DNA of 64,000 bases from an uncultured Hydrogenophaga sp. (GTDB taxonomy: Bacteria > Pseudomonadota > Gammaproteobacteria > Burkholderiales > Burkholderiaceae_C): assembly GCA_964650505.1 (NCBI GenBank), contig CAZYUD010000009.1:10335-74334 (forward strand), written 5' to 3'. The translations under genes were made by a program, and so were the position numbers. Below, in pieces: positions 1-11,643 of the stretch; the stretch's first letter is position 1, and each line of letters starts with the position of its first letter. The notes under the pieces are model-generated. The model was not told the origin of the DNA, did not search any database, and worked only from the letters and a program-made list of their open reading frames with translations.

Positions 1-297
1 TTTTGCGCGCTGCAAAGCCCGTCGATGGACAAACTCTGGGCCCAGGTGCGCACCCAAGGGTGGCAAATGCTGGCGCTGTCTGTTGACCGACGCTCTGAGG
101 ATGCGGCCGCCTATATTCGCACCAAGCGTTACAGTTTTCCGGTGGCCTGGACCTCGCCGGCGTGGCGCAGCGCTTTTCCCAAGCCGCGTGGACTGCCCAT
201 TACCTTGTTGGCAGGGGCCGACGGGCGCCTCAAAGTGGCCGAGAAAGGCCAGTTGTTTGACGAGGATGTGATCGCCTTGCCCGACGCTTTGTTGTGA
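1..297 (+). CDS. Thioredoxin-fold thiol:disulfide oxidoreductase (TlpA/ResA-like), C-terminal fragment; 5' end lies outside the window
   Basis: In-frame ORF running from the window edge to a stop at 295-297. The C-terminal sequence resembles the tail of TlpA-family periplasmic thioredoxins. No start codon is visible. Confidence 0.35.
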   Translation, partial: FCALQSPSMDKLWAQVRTQGWQMLALSVDRRSEDAAAYIRTKRYSFPVAWTSPAWRSAFPKPRGLPITLLAGADGRLKVAEKGQLFDEDVIALPDALL

Positions 298-304
298 CAG
301 CGGC

Positions 305-330
305 GCTTTGTCACAAGCTTGTCACACAAG
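305..330 (+). promoter_or_regulatory. Pho box (PhoB binding site) upstream of pstS
   Basis: Direct repeats TGTCACA at 309-315 and 320-326 with 11-bp periodicity, plus a third TGTGACA at 293-299. They lie ~60 bp upstream of the pstS ATG and overlap the spurious 5' extension of ORF 319..1419. Confidence 0.6.
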
Positions 331-387
331 CTTTTTAGAGTCCCGGTTGTCAACACTGTTGCCAACCCTGAAACCAAGGACTCTGAC

Positions 388-1419
388 ATGACTTCCAAGC
401 GCATTTTCCTCAAATCGGTCGCCGCTGCCGCTTTCGCTTCTGTGGCCATGGGCTCTGCCATTGCTGCCGACATCACCGGCGCTGGCGCCACCTTCCCCTT
501 CCCGATTTATGCCAAGTGGGCCGAAGCTTACAAAGCCGCCACCGGCACGGGTCTGAACTATCAGTCGATCGGTTCGTCGGGTGGCATCCGCCAAATCCGT
601 GCCAAGACGGTCGCTTTTGGTGCCTCCGATGCTCCAGTGCCTGGTGCCGATCTGGACAAAGACGGCATGGTGCAGTTCCCCGCCATCATCGGCGGCACAG
701 TGCCCATTTTTAACCTCGAAGGCTTTGCCAAGGGCGAGCTGCGGGTGACCGGTCCGGTGCTGGCCGAAATGTTCTTGGGCAAGATCGCCAAGTGGAACGA
801 CCCCAAGCTGGTCGCGTTGAACCCGGGCAAAAAGCTGCCCGACATGCCCATCACCATCGTGCACCGCGCGGATGGTTCGGGCACCACCTTCAACTGGACA
901 GATTACCTCTCCAGCGTGAGCAAAGACTGGGAAACCACCGTGGGCAAGGGCGCTGCTGTCAAGTGGCCTGCCTCCACCTCGGTGGGCGGCAAGGGCAATG
1001 AGGGCGTCGCCGCCAACGTGGGCCGTGTCAAAGGTTCGCTGGGCTATGTCGAATACGCCTATGCCAAGAAGAACAACATCCCGGTGATGCAACTGCAAAA
1101 CCGCGATGGCAAGTTCATGATGCCCGATGACGCCACGTTTGCGGCTGCAGCTGCGGGTGCCGATTGGTCCGCGGCGCCCGGTATGGGCATTTCCCTGGTG
1201 AACCAGCCTGGCGCCAACGCTTATCCGGTGGTCACCGCATCGTTCATCCTGATGTACAAGGATCCCGCTGACAAGGCGCAATCGGCCGAAGTGCTCAAGT
1301 TTTTTGACTGGGCGTTCAAGAACGGCAAGCAGATGGCCATCGATCTGGATTACGTGCCGCTGCCCGACAGCCTGACCAACGAGATCCGCACCAAGGTGTG
1401 GTCGCAGATCAAGCGCTGA
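388..1419 (+). CDS. pstS: Phosphate ABC transporter substrate-binding protein PstS
   Basis: MTSKRIFLKSVAAAAFASVAMGSAIAADITGAGATFPFPIYAKW... A signal peptide followed by PstS-family motifs. The start was moved to the internal ATG at 388 because the Pho box overlaps the upstream extension. Confidence 0.9.
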   Translation: MTSKRIFLKSVAAAAFASVAMGSAIAADITGAGATFPFPIYAKWAEAYKAATGTGLNYQSIGSSGGIRQIRAKTVAFGASDAPVPGADLDKDGMVQFPAIIGGTVPIFNLEGFAKGELRVTGPVLAEMFLGKIAKWNDPKLVALNPGKKLPDMPITIVHRADGSGTTFNWTDYLSSVSKDWETTVGKGAAVKWPASTSVGGKGNEGVAANVGRVKGSLGYVEYAYAKKNNIPVMQLQNRDGKFMMPDDATFAAAAAGADWSAAPGMGISLVNQPGANAYPVVTASFILMYKDPADKAQSAEVLKFFDWAFKNGKQMAIDLDYVPLPDSLTNEIRTKVWSQIKR

Positions 1420-1437
1420 TATGGCTCAGCCTTGTTG

Positions 1438-1471
1438 ACACCTGAAAGGCCGTGCCTTTCAGGTGTTTTTT
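1438..1471 (+). terminator. Rho-independent terminator/attenuator between pstS and pstC
   Basis: Perfect 12-bp stem ACACCTGAAAGG / CCTTTCAGGTGT with loop CCGTG followed by TTTTTT. This is the classic device that lowers pstCAB relative to pstS. Confidence 0.7.
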
Positions 1472-1498
1472 GTAAGCTGTCACACATTCTTTTCGTCC

Positions 1499-2494
1499 AT
1501 GGAACGCACCATGTCTTTGCCATCTTCTGTGGCGCCTTTGCACGACGCGGCCAATATGCTCGCCGTGGCAAAGCGCCAACGTCTGCAAGATGCCGTGTTT
1601 CACCGGCTGACCCAGTTCTTTTCTTTGCTGGTGCTGGTGGCCTTGGTGGGCATCATCGTCTCCCTCTTTATCAACGCGTGGCCCACGTTGCAGAAATTTG
1701 GTGTCCGCTTCCTGTGGTACGTGGAGTGGGACATCATCAACGAAGAGTTTGGTGCGGCCATTGCCATTGTGGGCACCCTGATCAGCGCGGGCATTGCCAT
1801 GCTGATCGCGGTGCCCTTGGCATTTGGCATTGCGCTGTTTCTGACCGAGACCTGCCCGGTCTGGTTGCGGAGACCACTCGGCACCGCGATTGAGTTGTTG
1901 GCAGCTGTGCCGTCCATCATCTACGGCATGTTTGGTTTGTTTGTGTTTGCGCCCTTGTTTGCCGACTATGTGCAGGTGCCTGCGCAATCGCTGATCGGTG
2001 GCATGCCGCTGATTGGCTGGTTGGTGGGTGGCGCTCCCACCGGCTTGGGCATCATGGCGGCGGGCATCATTTTGTCGTTCATGGTGTTGCCGTTCATCGC
2101 GGCGGTGATGCGCGATGTATTTGAAATTGTGCCGCCCATTCTGCGCGAATCGGCCTATGGCTTGGGCTGCACCACCTGGGAAGTGGTGCGCAAGGTGGTG
2201 CTGCCCTACACCAACAAAGGTGTGATCGGCGGGGTGATGTTGGGTCTGGGCCGCGCGCTGGGTGAAACCATGGCGGTCACTTTTGTGATCGGCAACGCCA
2301 ACCGCCTGCCGACCTCGTTGTTCTCGCCGGGCACCTCTATCGCCTCCACCCTGGCCAACGAATTTGCCGAGGCCGCCGATTTCCATCTGTCCACCTTGTT
2401 TGCCCTGGGCTTGCTGCTGTTCCTCATCACCTTTGTGGTGCTGGCCTTGGCCAAGTGGATGATTGTGCGCAACGAAAAAGCCAAGGGAGCCTGA
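1499..2494 (+). CDS. pstC: Phosphate ABC transporter permease PstC
   Basis: Multi-TM permease with an ABC TMD signature. The sequence [43 protein letters not shown] is typical of PstC. It lies in the pstSCAB gene order. Confidence 0.9.
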   Translation: MERTMSLPSSVAPLHDAANMLAVAKRQRLQDAVFHRLTQFFSLLVLVALVGIIVSLFINAWPTLQKFGVRFLWYVEWDIINEEFGAAIAIVGTLISAGIAMLIAVPLAFGIALFLTETCPVWLRRPLGTAIELLAAVPSIIYGMFGLFVFAPLFADYVQVPAQSLIGGMPLIGWLVGGAPTGLGIMAAGIILSFMVLPFIAAVMRDVFEIVPPILRESAYGLGCTTWEVVRKVVLPYTNKGVIGGVMLGLGRALGETMAVTFVIGNANRLPTSLFSPGTSIASTLANEFAEAADFHLSTLFALGLLLFLITFVVLALAKWMIVRNEKAKGA

Positions 2495-2496
2495 CC

Positions 2497-3351
2497 ATGA
2501 CAATGAATAGCGCTTTGTACGCCCGGCGCCGCCGCGCCAACGCTGTGGGCTTGACCCTGTCCATGGGCGCCATGGCCTTGGGTTTGGCCGTGTTGCTGTG
2601 GATTTTGTACGTGTTGTTTTCGAATGGCGTGGCCGCCATCGACGGCAATTTGTTCACCCAAGACACGCCCGCACCGGGCACCGAAGGTGGAGGCTTGCGC
2701 AACGCCATTGTGGGCAGTCTGATGATGTTGGGTTTGACCGTGCTGGTGTCCACCCCCGTGGGCATTTTGGCGGGCATCTACTTGGCCGAATACGGTGATC
2801 AGAGCAAAACCGCAGGCTTCACCCGCTTTGTGACCGACATCATGTTGTCGGCGCCCTCGATTGTGCTGGGCCTGTTTGTCTACGCGATTGCGGTAGCCAC
2901 AGTAGGCAATTTCTCGGGGTACGCCGGGAGTTTGGCGCTGTCGCTGATCGCCATTCCGGTGGTGGTGCGCACCACCGAGAACATGCTGCGCTTGGTGCCT
3001 GGTAGCCTGCGCGAAGCGGCGTTTGCCCTGGGCGCTCCGCGCTGGAAGGTGGCGACGATGATCACCTTGCGCGCGGCCAAGAGCGGCGTGATCACCGGCT
3101 TGCTGTTGGCGGTCGCCCGCATCAGCGGCGAGACCGCTCCTTTGCTGTTCACCGCCTTGAACAACCAGTTTTTCAGCACCGACATGGGCAGTCCGATGGC
3201 CAATTTGCCGGTGGTGATTTTCCAGTTCGCCATGAGCCCTTACGACAACTGGATACGACTCGCTTGGGCGGGTGCGCTGATCATCACCTTGGCGGTGCTC
3301 TTGCTCAACGTGATCGCGCGTGTTTTCTTCCGTGACAAGGTGGCCGCTTAA
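2497..3351 (+). CDS. pstA: Phosphate ABC transporter permease PstA
   Basis: [38 protein letters not shown]... PstA-type N-terminus and permease TMD. It starts 3 nt after the pstC stop. Confidence 0.9.
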   Translation: MTMNSALYARRRRANAVGLTLSMGAMALGLAVLLWILYVLFSNGVAAIDGNLFTQDTPAPGTEGGGLRNAIVGSLMMLGLTVLVSTPVGILAGIYLAEYGDQSKTAGFTRFVTDIMLSAPSIVLGLFVYAIAVATVGNFSGYAGSLALSLIAIPVVVRTTENMLRLVPGSLREAAFALGAPRWKVATMITLRAAKSGVITGLLLAVARISGETAPLLFTALNNQFFSTDMGSPMANLPVVIFQFAMSPYDNWIRLAWAGALIITLAVLLLNVIARVFFRDKVAA

Positions 3352-3389
3352 GGCGTGTGCACCGACCTAATTTATTGCAGGACAACCCC

Positions 3390-4166
3390 ATGACCGCTGT
3401 CGCCATTGACACCAAAAACGCGCTGGAAGTGCGTAACCTGAACTTCTTTTATGGCAAGTTTCAGGGGCTGAAAAACGTGTCGCTCAACATCGCCGAGCGC
3501 AAAGTCACCGCCTTTATTGGCCCCTCGGGCTGCGGCAAATCCACTTTGTTGCGCACGTTGAACCGCATGTACAGCCTTTATCCAGGCCAGCGTGCCGAGG
3601 GTGAAATCAACTTCTATGGCCAGAACATTTTGGCCGATGGCCAAGACTTGAACCTGCTGCGCGCGCGCATCGGCATGGTGTTCCAAAAGCCCACGCCGTT
3701 CCCGATGACCATTTACGACAACATTGCGTTTGGCGTGAAGCTCTACGAGAGCCTGAGCAAAAGCGAGATGGACGACAGGATCGAATGGGCGCTGACCAAA
3801 GCGGCTTTGTGGAGCGAGGTGAAAGACAAGCTGGGCCAAAGTGGCATGAGCCTCTCCGGTGGACAGCAGCAGCGCCTGTGCATCGCGCGCAGCGTGGCGG
3901 TCAAGCCGTCGGTGTTGTTGTTGGACGAGCCGACTTCAGCGCTCGATCCGATTTCCACGGGCAAGGTGGAAGAGCTGGTGCACGAACTCAAGCAGGACTA
4001 CACCATCGCCATCGTGACCCACAACATGCAGCAGGCGGCCCGCTGCAGCGACTACACCGCCTACATGTACCTGGGCGAGCTCATCGAATTTGGAGAGACG
4101 CAGCAGATCTTCTTCAAACCTCAGCGCACCGAGACCGAGGATTACATCACCGGTCGTTTTGGTTGA
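3390..4166 (+). CDS. pstB: Phosphate ABC transporter ATP-binding protein PstB
   Basis: Walker [13 protein letters not shown] signature [13 protein letters not shown] and Walker [12 protein letters not shown]. The sequence is PstB-like throughout. Confidence 0.95.
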   Translation: MTAVAIDTKNALEVRNLNFFYGKFQGLKNVSLNIAERKVTAFIGPSGCGKSTLLRTLNRMYSLYPGQRAEGEINFYGQNILADGQDLNLLRARIGMVFQKPTPFPMTIYDNIAFGVKLYESLSKSEMDDRIEWALTKAALWSEVKDKLGQSGMSLSGGQQQRLCIARSVAVKPSVLLLDEPTSALDPISTGKVEELVHELKQDYTIAIVTHNMQQAARCSDYTAYMYLGELIEFGETQQIFFKPQRTETEDYITGRFG

Positions 4167-4192
4167 TTCACACTTTTTCAAGGGGACTTTGC

Positions 4193-4894
4193 ATGGGCGA
4201 CAAACACATTTCCAGCCAGTTCGACGCCGAGCTCAATTCCATTTCCACCCACGTGCTGGAGATGGGCGGTTTGGTCGAGTCGCAACTGCACCAAGCGGTG
4301 TACGCGCTGATCCACTTGAGCACCGACTCGGCGCGTCAGGTGCTAGAGAACGAAACCCGTCTCAACCGCATGGAAGTGGATATTGATCACGAGATCATTT
4401 CCACCATCGGTCGGCGCCAGCCCACCGCGCGCGACCTGCGTTTTTTGATGGCCATTTCCAGCGCCACCAGCAATCTGGAGCGAGCGGGCGACGAGATCGC
4501 GCGCATGGCGCGCATGGTGCTGTCCATCATCGACGCCGGCACGCCGCGCAACCTGCCCAGTTCTGAGCTGCGCGTGGCCGCCGAGCTGGCCGCTGCCCAG
4601 CTGCGCAAGTCTCTGGACGCCTTTGCCCGCTTGGACACAGCGGTGGCGGTGGCCATCATGAAAGAAGACAATGCCATCGATGACGAGTACAACGGCTTTT
4701 TGCGCAAACTCATCACCTACATGATGGAAGACCCGCGCACCATTTCGCCCAGCTTGGACCTGCTGTTTTTGGCCAAGGCGATTGAGCGGGTGGGCGACCA
4801 CGCCAAAAATATCGCTGAGCAGATCATCTTTATCGTCAAAGGCGAAGATGTGCGACACAGCCCCATGGACAAGGTGGAGTCGGTGGCTCGATGA
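4193..4894 (+). CDS. phoU: Phosphate signalling complex protein PhoU
   Basis: MGDKHISSQFDAELNSISTHVLEMGGLVESQLHQAVYAL... Two PhoU repeats. The ORF 3785..4894 is an upstream out-of-context extension overlapping pstB. Confidence 0.9.
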   Translation: MGDKHISSQFDAELNSISTHVLEMGGLVESQLHQAVYALIHLSTDSARQVLENETRLNRMEVDIDHEIISTIGRRQPTARDLRFLMAISSATSNLERAGDEIARMARMVLSIIDAGTPRNLPSSELRVAAELAAAQLRKSLDAFARLDTAVAVAIMKEDNAIDDEYNGFLRKLITYMMEDPRTISPSLDLLFLAKAIERVGDHAKNIAEQIIFIVKGEDVRHSPMDKVESVAR

Positions 4895-5610
4895 GAAAAC
4901 TCCCTCGCGTGCTGGTGGTGGAGGATGAGCCCTCCATCGCCGAGCTGATCGCAGTCAACCTGCGGCACAACGGCTTTGCGCCCACCATCGTGTTCGACGG
5001 GGCAGGTGCCCACCGCGAGATCGATGCGGTCCTGCCCGATTTGATTCTGTTGGATTGGATGTTGCCGGGTGAGAGTGGAGCGGTGCTGGCGCGCCAGTGG
5101 CGCAAGCACGAGCGCACCAAGGGTGTGCCGATCATCATGATCACCGCCCGCAGCGACGAAAACGACAAGGTGCAGGGCTTGGACGCCGGTGCCGACGACT
5201 ACATCACCAAGCCGTTTTCCACCCAAGAGTTGTTGGCGCGCATCCGGGCGGTGCTGCGCCGCCGCGCGCCCGAGGTGGTGAGCGACTCGGTGCAGGTCGG
5301 CGATTTGTCCTTGGACGCCGCCACCTACCGCGTGAGCTTTCGCGGGCAGGAACTGAAGGTCGGGCCCACCGAATTCAAACTGCTCCATTACTTGATGAAA
5401 CACGCTGAACGTGTGCACACCCGAGCCACGCTGCTCGATAAGATATGGGGTGACCATGTTTTTATCGAGGAGAGAACAGTGGATGTGCACATCAAACGCT
5501 TGCGCGAGTCTTTGGGTGATGCCGCTGCTCTGATTGAGACGGTGCGCGGTGCGGGTTATCGCTTGTCGGTGCAGGCGATGGCCTCGACCAACGGCCAAGC
5601 GGGCGCATGA
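4891..5610 (+). CDS. phoB: Phosphate regulon response regulator PhoB
   Basis: A receiver domain (VLVVEDEP...LILLDWMLPGESG) plus an OmpR/PhoB winged-helix domain. It overlaps phoU by 4 nt. Confidence 0.95.
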   Translation: MRKLPRVLVVEDEPSIAELIAVNLRHNGFAPTIVFDGAGAHREIDAVLPDLILLDWMLPGESGAVLARQWRKHERTKGVPIIMITARSDENDKVQGLDAGADDYITKPFSTQELLARIRAVLRRRAPEVVSDSVQVGDLSLDAATYRVSFRGQELKVGPTEFKLLHYLMKHAERVHTRATLLDKIWGDHVFIEERTVDVHIKRLRESLGDAAALIETVRGAGYRLSVQAMASTNGQAGA

Positions 5611-6917
5611 CCCGCCGTGCGATCGAGCTGCTGCTCTTGGTGACCCTCGGGGCGGTCTGGGGGTTGGCGCACGATTCCGCTCCCTGGACACTGGCGGGCT
5701 CCGTGTTGGGTGCGGTGGTCTGGGGGGTGTTTGACGGCCTGCGCGCCTACCGTGTGTTGCACTGGCTCGGCTCGCTGGACATGGACGATGTGCCCAGGGT
5801 GTCGGGTTTGTGGGCCGAGGTTTTGGAGCGCAGCCGCAAGCTGGTGCGCAAATTCGAAAAAAAAATCGGCAATGCCGACGCCCGATTGGAGGACTTTTTG
5901 GCCGCCATTCAAGCCTCCCCAAATGGCGTGGTGCTTCTGGATGCACAGACCCGCATCGAGTGGTCCAACCTGACCGCAGCCGACCATCTGGGGTTTGATG
6001 CCCAGCGCGACTTGGGCAACTACATCCGCAATCTGGTGCGCCACCCCGGCTTCACCGCTTATTTGGCAGCGGGCGACTTTAGCCACGAGATCCAAATTGA
6101 GGCGCCACACACACCGCCCACCCAGTCGCGCCAAATCTCCCTACAAATCCACCCCTACGGCAAAAAACGCAAATTGCTGCTGTCGCGCGACGTGACCGCT
6201 GTGCAACTCGCTGAGGCGATGCGGCGCGATTTTGTGGCCAATGTATCGCACGAAATTCGCACACCCTTGACCGTGCTCAGTGGGTTTGTCGAAACCATGC
6301 AGAACCTGCCTTTGAGCGACACCGAGCGCCACCAGTACTTGGCCATGATGAGCCAACAAGCGCACCGCATGCAGACCCTGGTGAGCGACTTGTTGACGCT
6401 GTCTCGTTTGGAGGGCAGCCCCTCACCGGGCGTGGGTGACTGGATGGGTACCCAGGAATTGTTGGCCCATGTGCATCAGGAGGCCTTGGGCTTGTCACAG
6501 ACCTTGGGGACCGTGCTGCACCAGATTGATGTCCAAGAAGCGCCGTCGTTCTGGATTTCGGGCGCCAAGACCGAGGTGCTCAGCGCGATGTCCAATTTGC
6601 TCAGCAATGCCGTGCGTTACACACCGCCTGGTGGACGGATTCGCTTGGGTTGGCAGACCACGGAAGAAGGCTCTGCGGTGTTCTCCGTGAGCGATACCGG
6701 GCCCGGCATTGCCGCAGAGCACATTCCCAGACTGACTGAGCGCTTTTACCGGGTGGACCGCAGCCGCTCGCGCGAGTCGGGCGGCACCGGTTTGGGGCTG
6801 GCAATCGTCAAACATGTGACCCAGCGCCACGGAGGCCAGCTGCAGGTGAGCAGTGAGCTTGGAAAAGGCTCAACGTTCGCCATTGTGTGGCCTGCGGCCC
6901 GGGTCAAGCAGGCTTAA
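5607..6917 (+). CDS. phoR: Phosphate regulon sensor histidine kinase PhoR
   Basis: An N-terminal TM region and an H-box HEIRTPLTVLSGFVETM. The HATPase region (GTGLGLAIVKHV) is present. It overlaps phoB by 4 nt. Confidence 0.95.
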   Translation: MTRRAIELLLLVTLGAVWGLAHDSAPWTLAGSVLGAVVWGVFDGLRAYRVLHWLGSLDMDDVPRVSGLWAEVLERSRKLVRKFEKKIGNADARLEDFLAAIQASPNGVVLLDAQTRIEWSNLTAADHLGFDAQRDLGNYIRNLVRHPGFTAYLAAGDFSHEIQIEAPHTPPTQSRQISLQIHPYGKKRKLLLSRDVTAVQLAEAMRRDFVANVSHEIRTPLTVLSGFVETMQNLPLSDTERHQYLAMMSQQAHRMQTLVSDLLTLSRLEGSPSPGVGDWMGTQELLAHVHQEALGLSQTLGTVLHQIDVQEAPSFWISGAKTEVLSAMSNLLSNAVRYTPPGGRIRLGWQTTEEGSAVFSVSDTGPGIAAEHIPRLTERFYRVDRSRSRESGGTGLGLAIVKHVTQRHGGQLQVSSELGKGSTFAIVWPAARVKQA

Positions 6918-6948
6918 CAGCCGCGCCGGTGTGGGCGCGCGGCAACAC

Positions 6949-7392
6949 TTACCTCAAGACCAACACCGGGACATGGCAGTGGGTCAGCACCTGCTGGGTT
7001 TCGCTGCCCAAGAGCAGGCGTTTGATGCCCTTGCGCCCGTGTGAGGCCATGACCACCAGATCGCTCTTGCTGCGTTTGGCCGCTGCAATGATCGCCTCGG
7101 CCACCAAGTCGGAGCGCACCACACTGGGCTTGACCTTGACTTGCATCTTTTGTCCCAGGTCTTTGACGTGGTTGAGGTCGGCGGTGGCCTGCTCTATCCA
7201 GCCTTTCTCGATGCGCTGCGCCTCGTTGGCCTGCATGGCCACACCACCTTCAAAATAGGTCTGTGGGTAGCGGCTGACCACCCGAAGCGCCACCACCTCG
7301 GCTCCAGTGATATCGGCCAGACGCAGGGCGTGATCCACGGCTTTGGCCGAGAGTTTGCTGCCGTCGGTGGCGACCAGAATGCGCTTGTACAT
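6949..7392 (-). CDS. Universal stress protein (UspA family)
   Basis: MYKRILVATDGSKLSAKAVDHALRLA...VVMASHGRKGIKRLLLGSETQQVLTHCHVPVLVLR. This is the full Usp fold. It is divergent from ccoI with FNR boxes between them. Confidence 0.85.
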   Translation of the reverse strand: MYKRILVATDGSKLSAKAVDHALRLADITGAEVVALRVVSRYPQTYFEGGVAMQANEAQRIEKGWIEQATADLNHVKDLGQKMQVKVKPSVVRSDLVAEAIIAAAKRSKSDLVVMASHGRKGIKRLLLGSETQQVLTHCHVPVLVLR

Positions 7393-7455
7393 GGATGTCT
7401 CCTTGGGAAAAAGCTGGGGATGTGTCCATGCTATGACGCTGTGTGCGTCCCCCGT

Positions 7456-7469
7456 TTGACCGATGTCAA
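7456..7469. promoter_or_regulatory. FNR/Anr-type box TTGACCGATGTCAA in the usp-ccoI divergent region
   Basis: Perfect TTGAC-N4-GTCAA palindrome. Confidence 0.6.
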
Positions 7470-7490
7470 ACAAGCGCTTGGCTTGAGCGA

Positions 7491-7504
7491 TTGACACAAG
7501 TCAA
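7491..7504. promoter_or_regulatory. FNR/Anr-type box TTGACACAAGTCAA in the usp-ccoI divergent region
   Basis: Perfect TTGAC-N4-GTCAA palindrome, 35 bp from the first box and ~40 bp upstream of the ccoI ATG. Confidence 0.6.
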
Positions 7505-7539
7505 GCGCGCAGCATCTGGATTTGGTCTAATCGGCAGCC

Positions 7540-9909
7540 ATGTCAGCCCCGTCTGGCGGCGACACCGTCCCGCCCCGTTCCCCAGCCTTAGCGTTTGCCT
7601 CCGCCAGTGGCGCCTCTGCCACGGCGGATGGCTGGCTGGGCGATCACCGTGGTCCGTTGACGGTGACCGACAATTTTGGTGTGCTCGACGATCCCCAGGA
7701 GCAAGAGGCGTTCACCGAATACCGGGAAGAGGCGGGCGTTCGCTGTGCCCGCTCGGTGCTGTTGGTGCAGGGCATGTACTGTGCCGCTTGTGCCGACACG
7801 GTCGAATCTGCGCTGCAAGGGGTGCCGGGGGTGCGCCAAGTGCAGGTCCACGCCGCAACCCGGCGACTGACCATCGATTGGGAGCCCGCCCTCGCGCGCA
7901 TTTCCGATATGGCGCAGCGCGTGGGTGAGACGGGTTATCGCCTGCTGCCTTTGCACGAGGCGCTGTCGATTTCCGAGCGCATCGCGCAAACTCGGCAAGC
8001 GCTCTGGCGCCTGTTTCTGGCCGGCTTTTGCATGATGCAGGTGATGATGTACGCGTGGCCAGCGTATGTGGCAGGCCCAGGTGAGATGCCGCCCGACATC
8101 GATCAGCTGCTGCGCTGGGCCAGCTGGGTGATCAGCCTGCCGGTGGTGTTTTGGGCCAGTGGACCGTTTTTTTCACAGGCTTGGCGCGACCTGAAGCGGG
8201 GGCGCATTGGCATGGACACGCCGGTGTCGGTGGGTATTTTGGTGACCTTTGTGGCCAGTACCGCCGCCACGTTTGACCCCACCGGCCCTTGGGGTGCCGA
8301 GGTGTGGTTCGACTCACTCACCATGTTTGTGTTTTTCCTGCTCGGTGGGCGCTATCTGGAGTTCAAGGCGCGCGACCGCACCGCTGGCGCGCTCGACCAC
8401 TTGATGAACCGCCTGCCCGAGGTGTGTGAGCGCCTCAAACCCGATGGGCAATACGAAGTGGTGTCGGCGCGTCGGTTGCAATTGGGCGATCGGGTGCGCA
8501 TCCACGCCGGCCAAGCGGTGCCAGCCGATGGCGAATTGCTCAGCGACTCGGCCACGGTGGACGAGGCCTTGCTCACCGGTGAGTCGCGCCCGCTGACCCG
8601 GCAGCGTGGCGACGAGTTGATCGCTGGCAGCTACAACTTGGCGGGAGCGGTAGAGCTGCGCGTCGATCGGCTGGGAAAAGACACGCGGTTTGCCCAGATC
8701 GTGGGCCTGATGGAAAAAGCCAGCACCGACAAGCCGCGCCTGGCGCTGTTGGCCGATCGCATTGCCTCGCCGTTTTTGGTGCTGGTGATGTTGGCGGCGG
8801 CTGGCGCCGCATGGTACTGGTGGCAGATCGATCGGCAGCAGGCTTTGGCGGTGGCGGTGGCGGTATTGATCGTGACCTGCCCGTGTGCGTTGGCGCTGGC
8901 CACCCCGGCGGCGATGCTGGCATCGGCTGGCAACTTGGCGCGTGCGGGCATTTTGGTGCGGCGCTTGCAAGCTTTTGAGGCCATGGCCGAGGTGGACATG
9001 GTGGTATTCGACAAAACCGGCACCTTGACCGAAGACCGCTTGAGCTTGCACGCGGTGCATGTGCGCCCCGGCGCTGCGGCCGATGTGGCGCTGCAGCGGG
9101 CGGCGTTTGTGGGCGCGCGGTCTTTGCACCCCTTGTCGCGTGCGCTGGCGCAAGCCGCCGATGGCGCTGCACTGGACCTGCCTGAGCCGCACTGGCAGGA
9201 ACACGCAGGCCAAGGGGTGGAAGCGCGTTGGCCCGATGGGCGCGTTTGGCGTCTCGGTTCGGCCGGTTTTGTCGGGGTGTCGGCGCAAGAGCAGGGCGCT
9301 TTGCCCGACAGCGACCACGCCAGGGTCTGGCTGGCCGACGAGCAGGGCTGGCTGGCGCGTTTTGATCTGCGTGAGCAACTGCGCGAAGACGCGCGCGCGA
9401 CGGTGCAGCGCTTGCAGGCCTGGGGCTTGCGCACCGTGATGCTCTCGGGTGACCGGCAGCAGGCGGCACAACAGGTGGCCGATCAACTGGGCATCTCCGA
9501 AGTGCACGCGCTCACCACACCCCAAGACAAGCTGGCCCGGGTGGCCGAATGGCAGGCACAAGGCCTGAAAGTGGCGATGGTGGGCGACGGGCTCAACGAC
9601 GGTCCGGTGCTGGCGCTGGCGCACACCTCCTTTGCTCTGGGCAAGGCGGCAGGGCTGACCCAAGCGCAGTCGGATGTGGTGCTGCAAAGTGGCCACTTGT
9701 CGGATGTGACGCTGAGTCTGCAGCAAGCGCGCGACACTTTGCGGGTGGTGCGGCAAAATTTGGTGTGGGCCGCCGTCTACAACGTGGTGAGCGTGCCGCT
9801 GGCGGTGTTGGGGTTTATGCCGCCATGGTTGGCGGGTTTGGGCATGGCAGGCAGCTCGCTGCTGGTGATTGGCAATGCGCTGCGCTTGTCGCGGCGTTCA
9901 GAAAGCTGA
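7540..9909 (+). CDS. ccoI: Cu-translocating P1B-type ATPase CcoI/FixI for cbb3 oxidase maturation
   Basis: HMA motif GMYCAACADTVESAL, CPC motif VTCPCALALATP and DKTGTLTE phosphorylation site. MVGDGLNDGP is also present. It sits immediately upstream of ccoS-ccoNOQP. Confidence 0.9.
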   Translation: MSAPSGGDTVPPRSPALAFASASGASATADGWLGDHRGPLTVTDNFGVLDDPQEQEAFTEYREEAGVRCARSVLLVQGMYCAACADTVESALQGVPGVRQVQVHAATRRLTIDWEPALARISDMAQRVGETGYRLLPLHEALSISERIAQTRQALWRLFLAGFCMMQVMMYAWPAYVAGPGEMPPDIDQLLRWASWVISLPVVFWASGPFFSQAWRDLKRGRIGMDTPVSVGILVTFVASTAATFDPTGPWGAEVWFDSLTMFVFFLLGGRYLEFKARDRTAGALDHLMNRLPEVCERLKPDGQYEVVSARRLQLGDRVRIHAGQAVPADGELLSDSATVDEALLTGESRPLTRQRGDELIAGSYNLAGAVELRVDRLGKDTRFAQIVGLMEKASTDKPRLALLADRIASPFLVLVMLAAAGAAWYWWQIDRQQALAVAVAVLIVTCPCALALATPAAMLASAGNLARAGILVRRLQAFEAMAEVDMVVFDKTGTLTEDRLSLHAVHVRPGAAADVALQRAAFVGARSLHPLSRALAQAADGAALDLPEPHWQEHAGQGVEARWPDGRVWRLGSAGFVGVSAQEQGALPDSDHARVWLADEQGWLARFDLREQLREDARATVQRLQAWGLRTVMLSGDRQQAAQQVADQLGISEVHALTTPQDKLARVAEWQAQGLKVAMVGDGLNDGPVLALAHTSFALGKAAGLTQAQSDVVLQSGHLSDVTLSLQQARDTLRVVRQNLVWAAVYNVVSVPLAVLGFMPPWLAGLGMAGSSLLVIGNALRLSRRSES

Positions 9910-9969
9910 AGGCAAACTGACAGCTTGGACTCCAAAAGGCTGCCAGAGATCAAACAAAGAGGTGTTGTC

Positions 9970-10110
9970 ATGGACATTTTGTATTTGCTGGTGCCGCTTT
10001 CGGTGGTGTTGGTCTTTGTGGTCATTGGGGTGTTTTGGTGGGCGTTACAAAACGGCCAGTTCGACAGCGTCGAACGCGAGGGCGAACGCATCCTGCGCAA
10101 CGATGGCTGA
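9970..10110 (+). CDS. ccoS: cbb3-type cytochrome oxidase maturation protein CcoS/FixS
   Basis: MDILYLLVPLSVVLVFVVIGVFWWALQNGQFD... A ~46-aa single-TM CcoS signature. Confidence 0.85.
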   Translation: MDILYLLVPLSVVLVFVVIGVFWWALQNGQFDSVEREGERILRNDG

Positions 10111-10111
10111 G

Positions 10112-10125
10112 TTGACATAAGTCAA
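10112..10125. promoter_or_regulatory. FNR/Anr-type box TTGACATAAGTCAA upstream of ccoN
   Basis: Perfect palindrome centred ~70 bp upstream of the ccoN ATG. Confidence 0.65.
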
Positions 10126-10149
10126 GGCGGTTGCTCCGCCTCTCAGGGA

Positions 10150-10184
10150 AACTCCTCACCGGTCTCATCCTGAGGAGTTTTTTT
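10150..10184 (+). terminator. Hairpin plus U-tract: ccoS terminator that also sequesters the ccoN Shine-Dalgarno
   Basis: 9-bp stem AACTCCTCA / TGAGGAGTT with a 12-nt loop and a T7 run ending at the ccoN ATG. The 3' arm contains GAGGAG, the only SD candidate for ccoN. Confidence 0.55.
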
Positions 10185-11630
<1,446 letters not shown>

Positions 11631-11643
11631 GGAGAAGAACAAC

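Noticed and set aside
319-387. N-terminal extension of pstS (MSHKLFRVPVVNTVANPETKDSD...).
   Set aside because: It overlaps the Pho box. The signal peptide begins at MTSKRIFLKS (ATG 388).
1477-1494. Additional Pho half-site CTGTCAC downstream of the pstS terminator, as a possible internal pstC promoter.
   Set aside because: Only one good half-site is present. The partner repeat 11 bp away is poor.
3785-4192. Upstream extension of phoU overlapping pstB in another frame.
   Set aside because: The PhoU homology begins at MGDKHISSQFD (4193). The extension is Arg/Gly-rich nonsense.
8573-9469. Pro/Ala-rich 298-aa ORF on the minus strand inside ccoI.
   Set aside because: It is antisense to a conserved P-type ATPase and its composition is artefactual.
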